From IMG/VR virus record IMGVR_UViG_3300021957_003133, positions 51,467 to 115,466 of that record: a DNA stretch of 64,000 bases; one strand, written 5' to 3'. Shown here one piece after another: positions 20,566 to 29,568 of this stretch (within the stretch, counting starts at the first letter, position 1; each line of letters opens with the position of its first letter). Source of the DNA: a virus. The position numbers and the translations under genes are program-made. The notes beneath the pieces were generated by a model. It saw only the letters and a program-made list of their open reading frames with translations, was not told the DNA's origin and ran no database searches.

Positions 20566-21053
20566 TTAAAAGATATTCGATTCCATGTTTCGTAGGTACA
20601 GTTATGTCCAGGACGTACTGAATAAAGTCTAAAATCTAATAGATATTGCTCTAGATCAATCCGTGTATCACTGAACCAAGCACCTTTTATTCTAGTCAAG
20701 TAAACACGCTCAACTATGTTTTGTGTAGCTTCGTATATTGATTTACCGCCAATAACAAATACTTTCTTGTCTGGAAATCTTTCTTTTATCTCTGTTACTT
20801 CTTGACTGATGTCACCATTGATAGTACGTGCCTGTATAACATTAAGTTTACGATTAGTAACTACAAAATTAGCCCTATTAGGTAATGGATTCGGCATCAT
20901 TGGGTCGTCCCAAGTGTTACGACCCATGACTACAATTTGATTTTCTGTGTGTTTTTTAAACTGATATAAATCTTCGCTGTTCTTAGGCCACGGCAGTGTT
21001 CCGTTATTACCAATACCGCCTTGACTCGTTGATGCTAATATACTACAGATCAT
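20562..21053 (-). CDS. folA: Dihydrofolate reductase
   Basis: GIGNNGTLPW, VVMGRNTW, PLPNR, VIGGKSIY. Confidence 0.93.
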   Translation of the reverse strand: MICSILASTSQGGIGNNGTLPWPKNSEDLYQFKKHTENQIVVMGRNTWDDPMMPNPLPNRANFVVTNRKLNVIQARTINGDISQEVTEIKERFPDKKVFVIGGKSIYEATQNIVERVYLTRIKGAWFSDTRIDLEQYLLDFRLYSVRPGHNCTYETWNRISFN

Positions 21054-21403
21054 AATCCTTTAAGTGCCTTGTCTGTAGCAGGTTGTACTTCATGTTGTAC
21101 CTTGTCGATATCAACAAAAAAGTCAACATTCTTAATGTAAATATCAAGTTCGTTGAACTTTTCGTCGAGCATTGACTCGATATCATCTGGATCTTGCCCA
21201 TCAGATATCAAATCTTTAACATTAATAGTAATTTGAGTTCCATCAACCAATGATACCAATATTTTTTGTAGTATACTTATTGGTACTTCTTTCTTGTCAA
21301 CTCCGTTAACTATGTCCTGCCAGCTCTTTCTTTTATTGATATTGAGCTTTTTAGCTTTACTGCGTTTACGCGGTTGCTTTGGTTTTTTTGGATTTTCCGA
21401 CAT
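21050..21403 (-). CDS. Hypothetical protein
   Basis: 117 aa; basic N-terminus, acidic core. Confidence 0.55.
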   Translation of the reverse strand: MSENPKKPKQPRKRSKAKKLNINKRKSWQDIVNGVDKKEVPISILQKILVSLVDGTQITINVKDLISDGQDPDDIESMLDEKFNELDIYIKNVDFFVDIDKVQHEVQPATDKALKGL

Positions 21404-22055
21404 TTTTAGCCTTTTTTGCTTTTGGTTTTAAAGATTTCGCCTCACTTTTTAAACGTGTTGCTTCTGCTAACAATGTCTTAGCCTGAGCCTCCATCTGTTT
21501 AGCTTGTGATAGGCTCATTTCAGCTAAGTCAGAATCTGATAATGCTTTATCTCGACCAGCAGGTTGATTACCACCAACACTACTATTTACCGGCGGAGGA
21601 GTTTGTCTATACGCTTCACCCACCTCACGACCTTGATTTTTATCTGGGTCTGCCATTCCACGACCTGCATCAATCTCAGCCATCTTTTTAATAGCTTCAT
21701 CACCACCTGCCATCTGATCTAAGATTTTATTTAATTCGTCTAAACGAACGCTAGATTTAGCATTAGGTGTTAATATAACTTGTTTAGTCTGTACTTTTTT
21801 AAAAAATCCACCACCGTGTATTGATCCAAGAAGATTTTGACCATCTGGCATAATATGTCTAAATAAGGCATCAGCTAGTTGTTGTGCTTGCTGTCCTTCT
21901 TGACCTTCTACAACTTTCATTACTTCGTCATGTATCATTGAAGGTAGCATGTCGCTATACATAACCAACGCCATGTGATCTTCTCCTGGTACTTTATTAT
22001 ATGCCACGATAACTTTTTTCTCTCCGTGTCTTCCAATATGTTTTAATATAGCCAT
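21366..22055 (-). CDS. Hypothetical protein with C-terminal coiled coil and basic tail
   Basis: 229 aa ORF in the operon. Confidence 0.6.
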   Translation of the reverse strand: MAILKHIGRHGEKKVIVAYNKVPGEDHMALVMYSDMLPSMIHDEVMKVVEGQEGQQAQQLADALFRHIMPDGQNLLGSIHGGGFFKKVQTKQVILTPNAKSSVRLDELNKILDQMAGGDEAIKKMAEIDAGRGMADPDKNQGREVGEAYRQTPPPVNSSVGGNQPAGRDKALSDSDLAEMSLSQAKQMEAQAKTLLAEATRLKSEAKSLKPKAKKAKNVGKSKKTKATA

Positions 22056-22357
22056 TACTTTTTCTCCGTAGTTTTTGCTTGTTCGGGTGCTGTTTGATTT
22101 GGTGTTATAGCACCAACACTTGTTAAAAATTTAATTAATTTATTATATAATTCACCAACCTGTGCCAGCTCGTCTGCTTGGAATGCACCTCTTTGTGACG
22201 TTAAGTTTATTATCTGAGCAACTGTAACTAAGTCTGTTAGTGTTAGTCCTATTGCATTTTCTGGTGTTACATTCTGTTGAGTAGTACTTGGTTTAGCCTT
22301 AGGCTTACTTTTTGTAGTAACCTTTGCTTTTGATTTTACTTCTTTCTTTGTAGCCAT
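22055..22357 (-). CDS. Hypothetical protein
   Basis: AAGGAG RBS; QRGAFQADEL motif. Confidence 0.6.
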   Translation of the reverse strand: MATKKEVKSKAKVTTKSKPKAKPSTTQQNVTPENAIGLTLTDLVTVAQIINLTSQRGAFQADELAQVGELYNKLIKFLTSVGAITPNQTAPEQAKTTEKK

Positions 22358-22420
22358 TGTTATAATTCTCCTTAAGGAACAATTATATTTAACAGCATAG
22401 CGATGGATGGAAAAATTTTC

Positions 22421-22711
22421 TTATGACGGTAAATTTTTATCTAGTGAAGGAAGTACAAGACTAAAGTAAGTAGCTTCGCCATGCAACTCAAAGCCTACTA
22501 TTTGCTTTCGATCAACTTTACCAGAGTCTGCAACTACATCAATGTTTCCTACATAAAAACGCCCTCGGAGATTCTCGTAAAGCCAATCTGATATTTGCTT
22601 ATTTGTTACTCCAGATAAGTTAATTATAACTTGTTCGAAGTGTGGAGGTAGGTGGGCTAATTCTCTAAGCTGATGTACATTGAGTGGATTTGGAGTACCA
22701 TCTTTAAGCAC
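22421..22711 (-). CDS. Hypothetical protein
   Basis: 96 aa, overlaps the VWA gene stop. Confidence 0.55.
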   Translation of the reverse strand: MLKDGTPNPLNVHQLRELAHLPPHFEQVIINLSGVTNKQISDWLYENLRGRFYVGNIDVVADSGKVDRKQIVGFELHGEATYFSLVLPSLDKNLPS

Positions 22712-23996
22712 TATCTTTTCCTAAATCATAATATGTAGTAATACCAAACGGTGCTTCGATTGTAGTTGATCCGTGTATCACAAACAGTGTATCACAGTAG
22801 TTAGGATCTCCCCATGAATCCCATGGATAACCATCTGTAAACATCACAAACTTTTTAGGTTCGAGACCTTCGGATTTCATGTATTCCCAATTACTGTCAA
22901 AGTCAGTACCACCACCACCGATACATTCATAATCTAACAGTTCGTCGATGTTATCTTCTGTGAATATTTGTGGATTATGTACGGCTGTATCGAAGCACCA
23001 TATATGTAAATTAAAACTACCAAATGCCTCCATGATGCCTTTAACTTCGCTTTTAATGTTATGCAGTGTTTCATCACTCATCGAACCAGATGTATCAATT
23101 GAAAGTGCGATGTCAATCTTTTGTTCTAAATCGTTGCCCGGCAGTATAGCATCCATGTGCCATCCTCTACGACTAGGACGGGCAAATGTATAGTCTGCTT
23201 TGATAGTACTTAATAACTGCTGTTGTAGCAACTCGTTCCAATTTAATTGTGGTGCAGTTAAATCTTTAATCATTTTCCTTACACCACTAGGTAGATTATC
23301 AGCACCCGAGCTTTGTGCGGCTGTCATCACAGCTTCTTTCATTTCGTCTCTGATCTCTTTTCTCTCAGCCGCTGATATTTTCGGCTTAGCACTGCTTTTA
23401 TCTTTGCCATCTCCATCCCCGTCTTTACCTTTACCGGAATCACCTTCGCCATTTTCTTCTCCATCCAAATGTTCATCTATTAATTGATCTAATAGATCAT
23501 CTACATTAATTTTCTCAGCATTTTCGTATAAGTCATCATACACTTCCTCAGCACTCATATTACGATACTTTGTATCAAACAAACCAATTGGAATCTTTTC
23601 ACCAATACGTTGATCTACTAGGTCTTGATTTACACAATAGTCGTCAGCTATGTTCCATAACCTAGGATCTCTGTCTCCACGTCTTCCCATATGATCATAG
23701 ACGCAGTGTAACACTTCGTGACCAATAAGAAACTCTAATTGTTTACTTGGTAATGTTTTAATAAATTCTGAATTGTAGTAAAACTTACGACCGTCTGTTG
23801 CGGCTGTTCCACACCATGCATCAGCGTTAACGATTTCTAAACGTGTAGCTAGATTACCAAAGAAAGGTGCTTTTAGTAATAGTGCGATACGAGCACCAAT
23901 GATTTTCTCACGTGCATCAGCATCAGTTTTTGGATTTGTTTTACAACCTACGAAGTTTTTAAATTCTTCTTTGTTTGCTGTGGTGTCTTTACTCAT
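22704..23996 (-). CDS. Metallopeptidase-like + VWA domain protein (DUF2201-type), MoxR partner
   Basis: TAATDG, HEVLH (HExxH), WNIADD; MIDAS DTSGS, GGGTDF, FTDG. Confidence 0.88.
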   Translation of the reverse strand: MSKDTTANKEEFKNFVGCKTNPKTDADAREKIIGARIALLLKAPFFGNLATRLEIVNADAWCGTAATDGRKFYYNSEFIKTLPSKQLEFLIGHEVLHCVYDHMGRRGDRDPRLWNIADDYCVNQDLVDQRIGEKIPIGLFDTKYRNMSAEEVYDDLYENAEKINVDDLLDQLIDEHLDGEENGEGDSGKGKDGDGDGKDKSSAKPKISAAERKEIRDEMKEAVMTAAQSSGADNLPSGVRKMIKDLTAPQLNWNELLQQQLLSTIKADYTFARPSRRGWHMDAILPGNDLEQKIDIALSIDTSGSMSDETLHNIKSEVKGIMEAFGSFNLHIWCFDTAVHNPQIFTEDNIDELLDYECIGGGGTDFDSNWEYMKSEGLEPKKFVMFTDGYPWDSWGDPNYCDTLFVIHGSTTIEAPFGITTYYDLGKDSA

Positions 23997-24026
23997 TGTC
24001 GGCTCATTCCTTTATTGTATATATGT

Positions 24027-24055
24027 ATTATACTGTCAATCTAACCAAAAGTCAA
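24027..24055 (-). promoter_or_regulatory. Sigma70-type promoter
   Basis: TTGACT-N17-TATAAT; shares TTGACTTTTGGTTA with the promoter at 26632-26660. Confidence 0.8.
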
Positions 24056-24056
24056 C

Positions 24057-24129
24057 TAAAAAGGAGGAAGGATGCTCTAGGTCCAGCTTGTAAGTTAGGA
24101 GCAGTTGGACCGATTGAAACACCCTTCCT
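24057..24129 (-). ncRNA. Long imperfect hairpin/terminator in the MoxR 3'-UTR with an anti-Shine-Dalgarno loop (candidate regulatory RNA)
   Basis: AGGAAGGGUGUUU/GAGCAUCCUUCCU outer stem (G-U pairs only on the minus strand), GGUCCA/UGGACC inner stem, apical region containing UGCUCCUAACU, then CCUUUUU. Confidence 0.6.
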
Positions 24130-24134
24130 GTGAA

Positions 24135-25226
24135 CTATGCTACTGCTTGAACGATATACTTACCAAAGCGTTTATGAAACTCATCAAATGATTTTACTTT
24201 GTTTGGAATAAATGGCAAGTTGTAAACAGTTAGAGCTACTCTCACTCCCATAACAGTAAGCTCTGTTGTAAAGTTGTCCATCATAAATCTAAAGAAATTA
24301 TCTACCATGGTATGCCATACTTCATCTTTCTTATCGGTTTTCTTATTATAGGCCTTGAGCTCATAGCACATCGACACAGTCAGAGAATACATAGCTGATA
24401 CTTCTTTTACTTCTAAAGTCTTTACTTTTCCCTCTAAGATCTCAGTGGGATTAGGCATCTTACCTGCAATCTTTCTATGAGCCATAAACTTAATAGCAGT
24501 ACCATCTCCAACAGTACCACTTACTAGATCAGTTTCGACATCAGTAGGAAGATCGTCCCCTAATAGATCACTAACAAATGTCCATGAACGAGGCGTAGCA
24601 AAAGCACGTGAGCTTGATTTAGGATCAAAGTCAAATAAATCTTGTTTAGCAAACGACACGTACCCTACAACATCTTTATGTATGCCATTACTAACTGCCC
24701 ACTTCTGCCACGACTCAAAATCTACTCTCATTTCTAAATGCACAAAACGATTACTTAGTGGTGCTGGCATTTTATAAGTAACACCTTTATCACCTTCTCT
24801 GTTACCAGCGGCAACAATAACAACGTTATCTGGAAGTTCGTACTTACCAATACGTCTGTTTAACACTAGCTGATAAGCCGCGGCCTGTACACTAGGAGCC
24901 GCTGAGTTCATCTCATCAAAGAATAATACTACGATAGGATATTTTGCGGCTAACTCTTTGCTTGGAAGATCAATTGGAGGTGCCCAATCCATTAGACCGT
25001 TGTCTTTGTTATAAAATGGAATACCTCTGATATCTGTTGGATCCATCTGACCTAAACGTAGATCAATCATATGACCTTTCATTTCGTCAGTAATACTTTG
25101 CACTAATTCTGATTTACCTATACCTGGAGGCCCCCAAAGAAAGATTGGACGCTTACGATCAAAACATCTACTTATTGCTACTTGTGCTTCTTCACTTGTG
25201 ACTGTTCTATTCTCTGTTGCTGACAT
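24135..25226 (-). CDS. MoxR-family AAA+ ATPase
   Basis: Walker A GPPGIGKS, Walker B LFFDE, AAGNR, PLSNRF, TPRSW. Confidence 0.9.
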   Translation of the reverse strand: MSATENRTVTSEEAQVAISRCFDRKRPIFLWGPPGIGKSELVQSITDEMKGHMIDLRLGQMDPTDIRGIPFYNKDNGLMDWAPPIDLPSKELAAKYPIVVLFFDEMNSAAPSVQAAAYQLVLNRRIGKYELPDNVVIVAAGNREGDKGVTYKMPAPLSNRFVHLEMRVDFESWQKWAVSNGIHKDVVGYVSFAKQDLFDFDPKSSSRAFATPRSWTFVSDLLGDDLPTDVETDLVSGTVGDGTAIKFMAHRKIAGKMPNPTEILEGKVKTLEVKEVSAMYSLTVSMCYELKAYNKKTDKKDEVWHTMVDNFFRFMMDNFTTELTVMGVRVALTVYNLPFIPNKVKSFDEFHKRFGKYIVQAVA

Positions 25227-25271
25227 ATTTTGCTCCTAACTAAATTTGTCTAAATTTTAACTTACAAAAAC

Positions 25272-25300
25272 AGTATAGCACCAAATTGACTATTTGTCAA
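25272..25300 (-). promoter_or_regulatory. Sigma70-type promoter
   Basis: TTGACA-N17-TATACT upstream of MoxR. Confidence 0.8.
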
Positions 25301-25307
25301 TCACTCT

Positions 25308-25511
25308 TTAATGTAACCCGATCGGTGCATCATACACCACAGTCAATCCTTGATCTGACTTTCTCCTCATATATTCAGCCATCATTATTACGCCATTGAC
25401 AATATGTTCGACTTCTTCCTGGGTTTCTATTGGTTCTCGATCTCCCCAAATAGCTTTTACGATACGTTCTTGTTCTTCAGTCATATTAATCCTCTTTTTC
25501 AAATAATTCAA
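25308..25511 (-). CDS. Small hypothetical protein
   Basis: ORF track; the real start may be the internal MTEEQ. Confidence 0.5.
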   Translation of the reverse strand: MNYLKKRINMTEEQERIVKAIWGDREPIETQEEVEHIVNGVIMMAEYMRRKSDQGLTVVYDAPIGLH

Positions 25512-25734
25512 ACTGTTCAGGTAAACTATATACTTTTACCATCTCAACCAATGGATCGTTAAAGTCTGTTTCAATTAATTCTGGGTCGTCATAGTAGTCA
25601 TAAAAGTCACCAGTGTCACTGTCCTCAATATCACCACTGTTAACTTTTTCCCAAGCTTCTTTCTCAGAGTCTGCCTTGACATATTCGTATTCAGTATAAA
25701 TTACTCTACGTTCAAATGTATAATTATTAGCCAT
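25486..25734 (-). CDS. Small acidic hypothetical protein
   Basis: MANNYTFERR...VKADSEKEAWEKV; start re-assigned to 25734. Confidence 0.55.
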   Translation of the reverse strand: MANNYTFERRVIYTEYEYVKADSEKEAWEKVNSGDIEDSDTGDFYDYYDDPELIETDFNDPLVEMVKVYSLPEQFELFEKED

Positions 25735-25880
25735 TAAAAAATAATAATTCCTTTTAAACTTAAATATACTGCGGACAAATACCATAATAACACAGTTCCA
25801 GATCCTACGAATACTATTATAAATCCCAAACTACATTGAGTATCTAAGGCGTCTTCTTTATCTTGTTTACAGTCTCTCAT
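25734..25880 (-). CDS. Small membrane protein, 48 aa (not in ORF track)
   Basis: MRDCKQDKEDALDTQCSLGFIIVFVGSGTVLLWYLSAVYLSLKGIIIF; ATGA and TAATG overlaps with neighbours. Confidence 0.5.
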   Translation of the reverse strand: MRDCKQDKEDALDTQCSLGFIIVFVGSGTVLLWYLSAVYLSLKGIIIF

Positions 25881-26146
25881 TTTTTAAACAATCTGGTAAC
25901 CAGATCGATAGCCTCTTGTTTAGTTGTAGTTTCTGAAGAATTAAGTTCATCTAGTTCCTTTAATAGTTTTTTTCTTTCTTCACTGCTTAACTCCTTCAAC
26001 CTTGGCAGTATCACCTGATCATAGAATTCGCGTCGTTCATTTTCTTTTTTAAGTGTTGTATGTTTTTCAGTTCCAATAAGATCCCAAACGACAAAAGCCA
26101 AAATACATAAACCAAGCCACTCGTACCAAGTAAAGTTAAATTCCAT
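25877..26146 (-). CDS. Hypothetical membrane-anchored protein
   Basis: N-terminal hydrophobic helix. Confidence 0.55.
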   Translation of the reverse strand: MEFNFTWYEWLGLCILAFVVWDLIGTEKHTTLKKENERREFYDQVILPRLKELSSEERKKLLKELDELNSSETTTKQEAIDLVTRLFKK

Positions 26147-26580
26147 TATGATATCACCTTGCCAGTGAAAACATCAACAACTTCTTCATCACCAAACTCA
26201 GCACGCATTTCCATTTGCTCTTCTTCTGAGTAACCATGTTTCTCACGCATAGCTTGATAACGTCCAAGAAACTCTTGAGTTTCAATTGAGTTTTGTTTAG
26301 TTGAACGCTCAAACATTTCCCAAGTAATTGTACCGTCAACCACAGCCATTTCTAAGATGTCTGTTGGAGGAATGTTATTTGATGATATCCAACGAACTTC
26401 ACCTTGTTTACCAAGTTTCCATTCCTTGTTACCTAACACAGCAACACCGTCACGGTGCCATTCACCTTCTGTTACAGAACCACCTCTGATTGCTTCGCCT
26501 TTGTAGTTTAATTTTAGTGCAGTAGAGTTGTATTTTTCTTGTAGTATTTCTAGTGTTGGATTTTCAGTTGTGTGTGTCAT
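26146..26580 (-). CDS. Hypothetical early protein
   Basis: TTAGGAG RBS; upstream sigma70 promoter; C-terminal EMRAEFG..VVDVFTG. Confidence 0.65.
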   Translation of the reverse strand: MTHTTENPTLEILQEKYNSTALKLNYKGEAIRGGSVTEGEWHRDGVAVLGNKEWKLGKQGEVRWISSNNIPPTDILEMAVVDGTITWEMFERSTKQNSIETQEFLGRYQAMREKHGYSEEEQMEMRAEFGDEEVVDVFTGKVIS

Positions 26581-26631
26581 TTTGTCTGCTCCTAAGTAAT
26601 AAAAAATGTCTTTTCCTTATTTCTTACTTAC

Positions 26632-26660
26632 AGTATATGACAAATTTAACCAAAAGTCAA
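26632..26660 (-). promoter_or_regulatory. Sigma70-type promoter
   Basis: TTGACT-N17-TATACT with AT-rich upstream region. Confidence 0.8.
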
Positions 26661-26767
26661 CCAAAATATTGATTTATTTTAAAAGAATAAGTACCAAGCT
26701 AGGACAAGGACAGCTATTTGTGCAGATATTAGTAATACACCAAAAATCCAATGTAAGAATTTCTCCA

Positions 26768-27016
26768 TTAGCCGAACAGATGTCTTGCAACACCGAAGCC
26801 GTATATGACAGTCATTAAGATATTAATAGTTATGAGACTCCATTCTTTCCATTTCCAGGCTACCCAAGTCCACCCAAAACCAGCAAGCCAACCAAACCAT
26901 ACGTTTAACGGATATATATCCATAGCACTCATAGCGGCACATCCTACTGCTAGTGCAGTAGATATCCATTTGGTCCACCATATCAGTCTTTCTTCGTAGT
27001 CTATAATTTCATTCAT
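26768..27016 (-). CDS. Small multi-pass membrane protein (DUF6552-like)
   Basis: KWIST..DIYPLNVW..GWTWVAWKWKEWSL; three hydrophobic segments; TTGACA-N17-TATACT at 27025-27053 ends 8 nt before the ATG. Confidence 0.6.
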   Translation of the reverse strand: MNEIIDYEERLIWWTKWISTALAVGCAAMSAMDIYPLNVWFGWLAGFGWTWVAWKWKEWSLITINILMTVIYGFGVARHLFG

Positions 27017-27033
27017 AGTGTTTTAGTATATTA

Positions 27034-27429
27034 TCATTTTTCCTGATTGTCAAGATACTGCTGTAGGTTGTTTCCATGTAGTGCCATCATCATTGCTTCA
27101 CTTTCACCAAACAATACTATAGTTTGTGCATTCAGCAAGTAGTACGGACTAGTGACAAATCTTTCAAGTTGAACAAATGTTTTAGGTCTATACTTTTCTG
27201 TTGTTTTAAATTTAAACACAGGCACTTTAGCTTGAATCAACATTCGATATGCCATTTTAGTCAATCGAAGACTGTCTGGATTTACTGGATTAAACCACCA
27301 AGTTTTCGGCTCATCCAAGCTGTTGTAGTGCAACTTATCACGTCCTAAGGACTGAAATGGATTTAGTATATAATCTTTTTGGAATTTAGTTTGCCAAATA
27401 ACCTGCAATGACTCGCTAGTTCGTGCCAT
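27034..27429 (-). CDS. Hypothetical protein
   Basis: WWFNP..SLRLT..SPYY motifs; 131 aa. Confidence 0.6.
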   Translation of the reverse strand: MARTSESLQVIWQTKFQKDYILNPFQSLGRDKLHYNSLDEPKTWWFNPVNPDSLRLTKMAYRMLIQAKVPVFKFKTTEKYRPKTFVQLERFVTSPYYLLNAQTIVLFGESEAMMMALHGNNLQQYLDNQEK

Positions 27430-27717
27430 TTAGGCGACCACTACAGTCCCGCTATTTAATAGCACCACAGTGAATAAGTCACATTTAAATAATGCGTTTA
27501 ATTTTTTAGCTAGGTTGTGTGCATGCCCAGGATTACTGAATGAAACTTTTTTATATTTTGGTCCAGGATACTGCACTAGGATATTCTGAGTCTTAAGATT
27601 GATAGGTTTGCCGTCATAGAAAACTGCCCAAATACCATCTGAGCTTAAAATTTGATCACTCTTATAGGTTGTTTTGTTTACGTGTTCTAAAAGTACATTG
27701 GGTTTAGGTCTTGACAT
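27430..27717 (-). CDS. Hypothetical protein
   Basis: MSRPKP..WAVFY..GPKYKKVSFSNPGHA; ATAAATA motif upstream at 27745-27751. Confidence 0.65.
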   Translation of the reverse strand: MSRPKPNVLLEHVNKTTYKSDQILSSDGIWAVFYDGKPINLKTQNILVQYPGPKYKKVSFSNPGHAHNLAKKLNALFKCDLFTVVLLNSGTVVVA

Positions 27718-27772
27718 TACTTACTCTCTAATATTAACTACTATTATTTATGCCTATTATCAGAGTATTTAA

Positions 27773-27988
27773 TTAGAAATCGCCACCATCAAAATCCACA
27801 TTTACTGCTTGATTATCTTCTTTTTGTATGTTGGTAAGGTCGTTGATTTTAGTAAGTAATGCAAAAAGATCACTATGTATGTTACGTGCATCCGTTGGAG
27901 TTAACACTAATTCTTTAGCGTTAGTCTGATTCATAGCCTTAATTTTCTCGTTAAACTTCTTCAGATGCAGACTTAATTGTTGTTCCAT
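27773..27988 (-). CDS. Hypothetical protein
   Basis: Start re-assigned to MEQQLSLH; ends DGGDF. Confidence 0.55.
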   Translation of the reverse strand: MEQQLSLHLKKFNEKIKAMNQTNAKELVLTPTDARNIHSDLFALLTKINDLTNIQKEDNQAVNVDFDGGDF

Positions 27989-28454
27989 GTAGGGCTCCGT
28001 TAGCAATACGCAAATTTTCTTGCATTTCTTCCAATGACTGATATGGACCAGCATAAGCGTATCGATTTAATGTAATTAGTTTTGGGCAGTAACTTTTAAC
28101 CCACCCATTGTTAAATTTAAGTATATAATATCCAGCACAGAAAAAACTTTTACTTTTTTTTCCTTTAGTAAATACTGGCAATTTTCTAGGAACGTCCCAA
28201 AGAATATTTTGTGCTTTGTAGTCACACGGAAATCCGTAGATACCATGCGATTCTTTTGGTTTGTTTTTGATCGTTGTTTCTACAACAATGTTGTATCTGT
28301 CACTGAGACGTTTTAAACTAGTAAACTGTTCCCTTTCGTCATCGTGCGTGTAAACAACACCTTTTTGGTTAGCTAATATAGTCCCTATTTTATTGCCGTT
28401 ATCTTCAACTACCCAACATTTATTTTTAACTATTGCTTTTGCTAGTAAGCTCAT
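27951..28454 (-). CDS. Hypothetical protein
   Basis: Start re-assigned to MSLLAKA (GGAGG RBS); SKSFFCAGYY..CPKLITL motif. Confidence 0.6.
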   Translation of the reverse strand: MSLLAKAIVKNKCWVVEDNGNKIGTILANQKGVVYTHDDEREQFTSLKRLSDRYNIVVETTIKNKPKESHGIYGFPCDYKAQNILWDVPRKLPVFTKGKKSKSFFCAGYYILKFNNGWVKSYCPKLITLNRYAYAGPYQSLEEMQENLRIANGALHGTTIKSASEEV

Positions 28455-28455
28455 C

Positions 28456-28908
28456 TTACCCTCCTTGATATATCGCTGAGTTAGCACCATGCTCTGCACA
28501 CTCTACTGAATGTACCCAGCAACGATCGTTTGTTTGTTCTCTAATTAATTTGTCTGCAAACACAAATGCGTGTTCTGCAAACTTCTCTGCACCAACTCCG
28601 TCCATTACTACAATCTCTGCTAGGTCAAACAGTTCAAGTTCTTTAAATTTTTCTAAGAAAGGGTCATTCTTATCAATCGCTGTCTTATGATCAAAGTGAT
28701 CTTCTAACCATTTCTTAACCTGTTTAAGTCCACCAAAGTCTACTGCCCAGTTTTTATTATCTAGTTCACTACAAGCAAACGTAAATTTAAATTGTAAACT
28801 GTAGCCATGTAATAAATGACAGTGTGAATGATCAGCATTAGGTTGCCTAAAGCAGGCTGATAAACCAATGTTGTGTCCGTACGTTTTAGTTGAATAATAT
28901 GTTGCCAT
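28456..28908 (-). CDS. queD: 6-carboxy-5,6,7,8-tetrahydropterin synthase
   Basis: CHLLHGY, VDFGGLK, FDH, GAEKFA, ECAEHGANSA. Confidence 0.88.
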   Translation of the reverse strand: MATYYSTKTYGHNIGLSACFRQPNADHSHCHLLHGYSLQFKFTFACSELDNKNWAVDFGGLKQVKKWLEDHFDHKTAIDKNDPFLEKFKELELFDLAEIVVMDGVGAEKFAEHAFVFADKLIREQTNDRCWVHSVECAEHGANSAIYQGG

Positions 28909-28929
28909 CGCTTTCTCCTAGTCTAATAA

Positions 28930-28973
28930 GCGGCAGAGTATTTAAAGAGGGTTGACACTGATAAGTCCTCTGT
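28930..28973 (-). promoter_or_regulatory. Candidate preQ1-I-like riboswitch variant in the queD leader
   Basis: AGAGG-ACUUAUCAGUGUCAAC-CCUCU-UUAAAUACUCUG directly after a TTGACT-N17-TATAAT promoter (28980-29008). Confidence 0.45.
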
Positions 28974-29004
28974 AGTAATATTATATTGTCATTTGTGGCC
29001 GAAG

Positions 29005-29568
29005 TCAAAATAAATTTTCAACTATCTGATTTTGTTTTTTCATCATACTAAAATAAAACTTTAATGTATTAAAAGCATCTTGATCTGCTCTGTGTTGCTC
29101 ACCATCAAAAGGTATGCTAAACTTTGCCATTGCTTCTGACAATCCACCTTTAGGATCTGAATTACTACTGAACATCATAAAGTTAAAGATAGTTTTAAGA
29201 TCAATGATACGACCACCTAGATGTTCAAATGCTACATTACGTTCCTGGAACTCTTTGCGTAGTACTGAAACATCATCAAACCCCCATACCACACAGTTTA
29301 ACCAAGGTCTATGTTCTTTTATTAAAGCTTCAAGTTCTTGTGCTATGTATTCGTGACTATAACTTTCAGTACGAATATCGTGATCAGTGATACCTGTTAA
29401 TCTTGTTATGTAAGGGTCAATGGGTTCTTTTGGATCTACATACCATTTGGTTGTTACATAGTTTTCAGGTTTTTGACAAGCATTGCCGATAGCAACACCT
29501 ACTTGTATAATCTTATTGCTGGGTTGATTTAATTCTAAATCGATTGATATAAAGTTTTGTTTATTCAC
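29005..29568 (-). CDS. DEDDh 3'-5' exonuclease
   Basis: IDLE, ITRLTGI, WGFDD, HRADQDA. Confidence 0.85.
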   Translation of the reverse strand: MNKQNFISIDLELNQPSNKIIQVGVAIGNACQKPENYVTTKWYVDPKEPIDPYITRLTGITDHDIRTESYSHEYIAQELEALIKEHRPWLNCVVWGFDDVSVLRKEFQERNVAFEHLGGRIIDLKTIFNFMMFSSNSDPKGGLSEAMAKFSIPFDGEQHRADQDAFNTLKFYFSMMKKQNQIVENLF

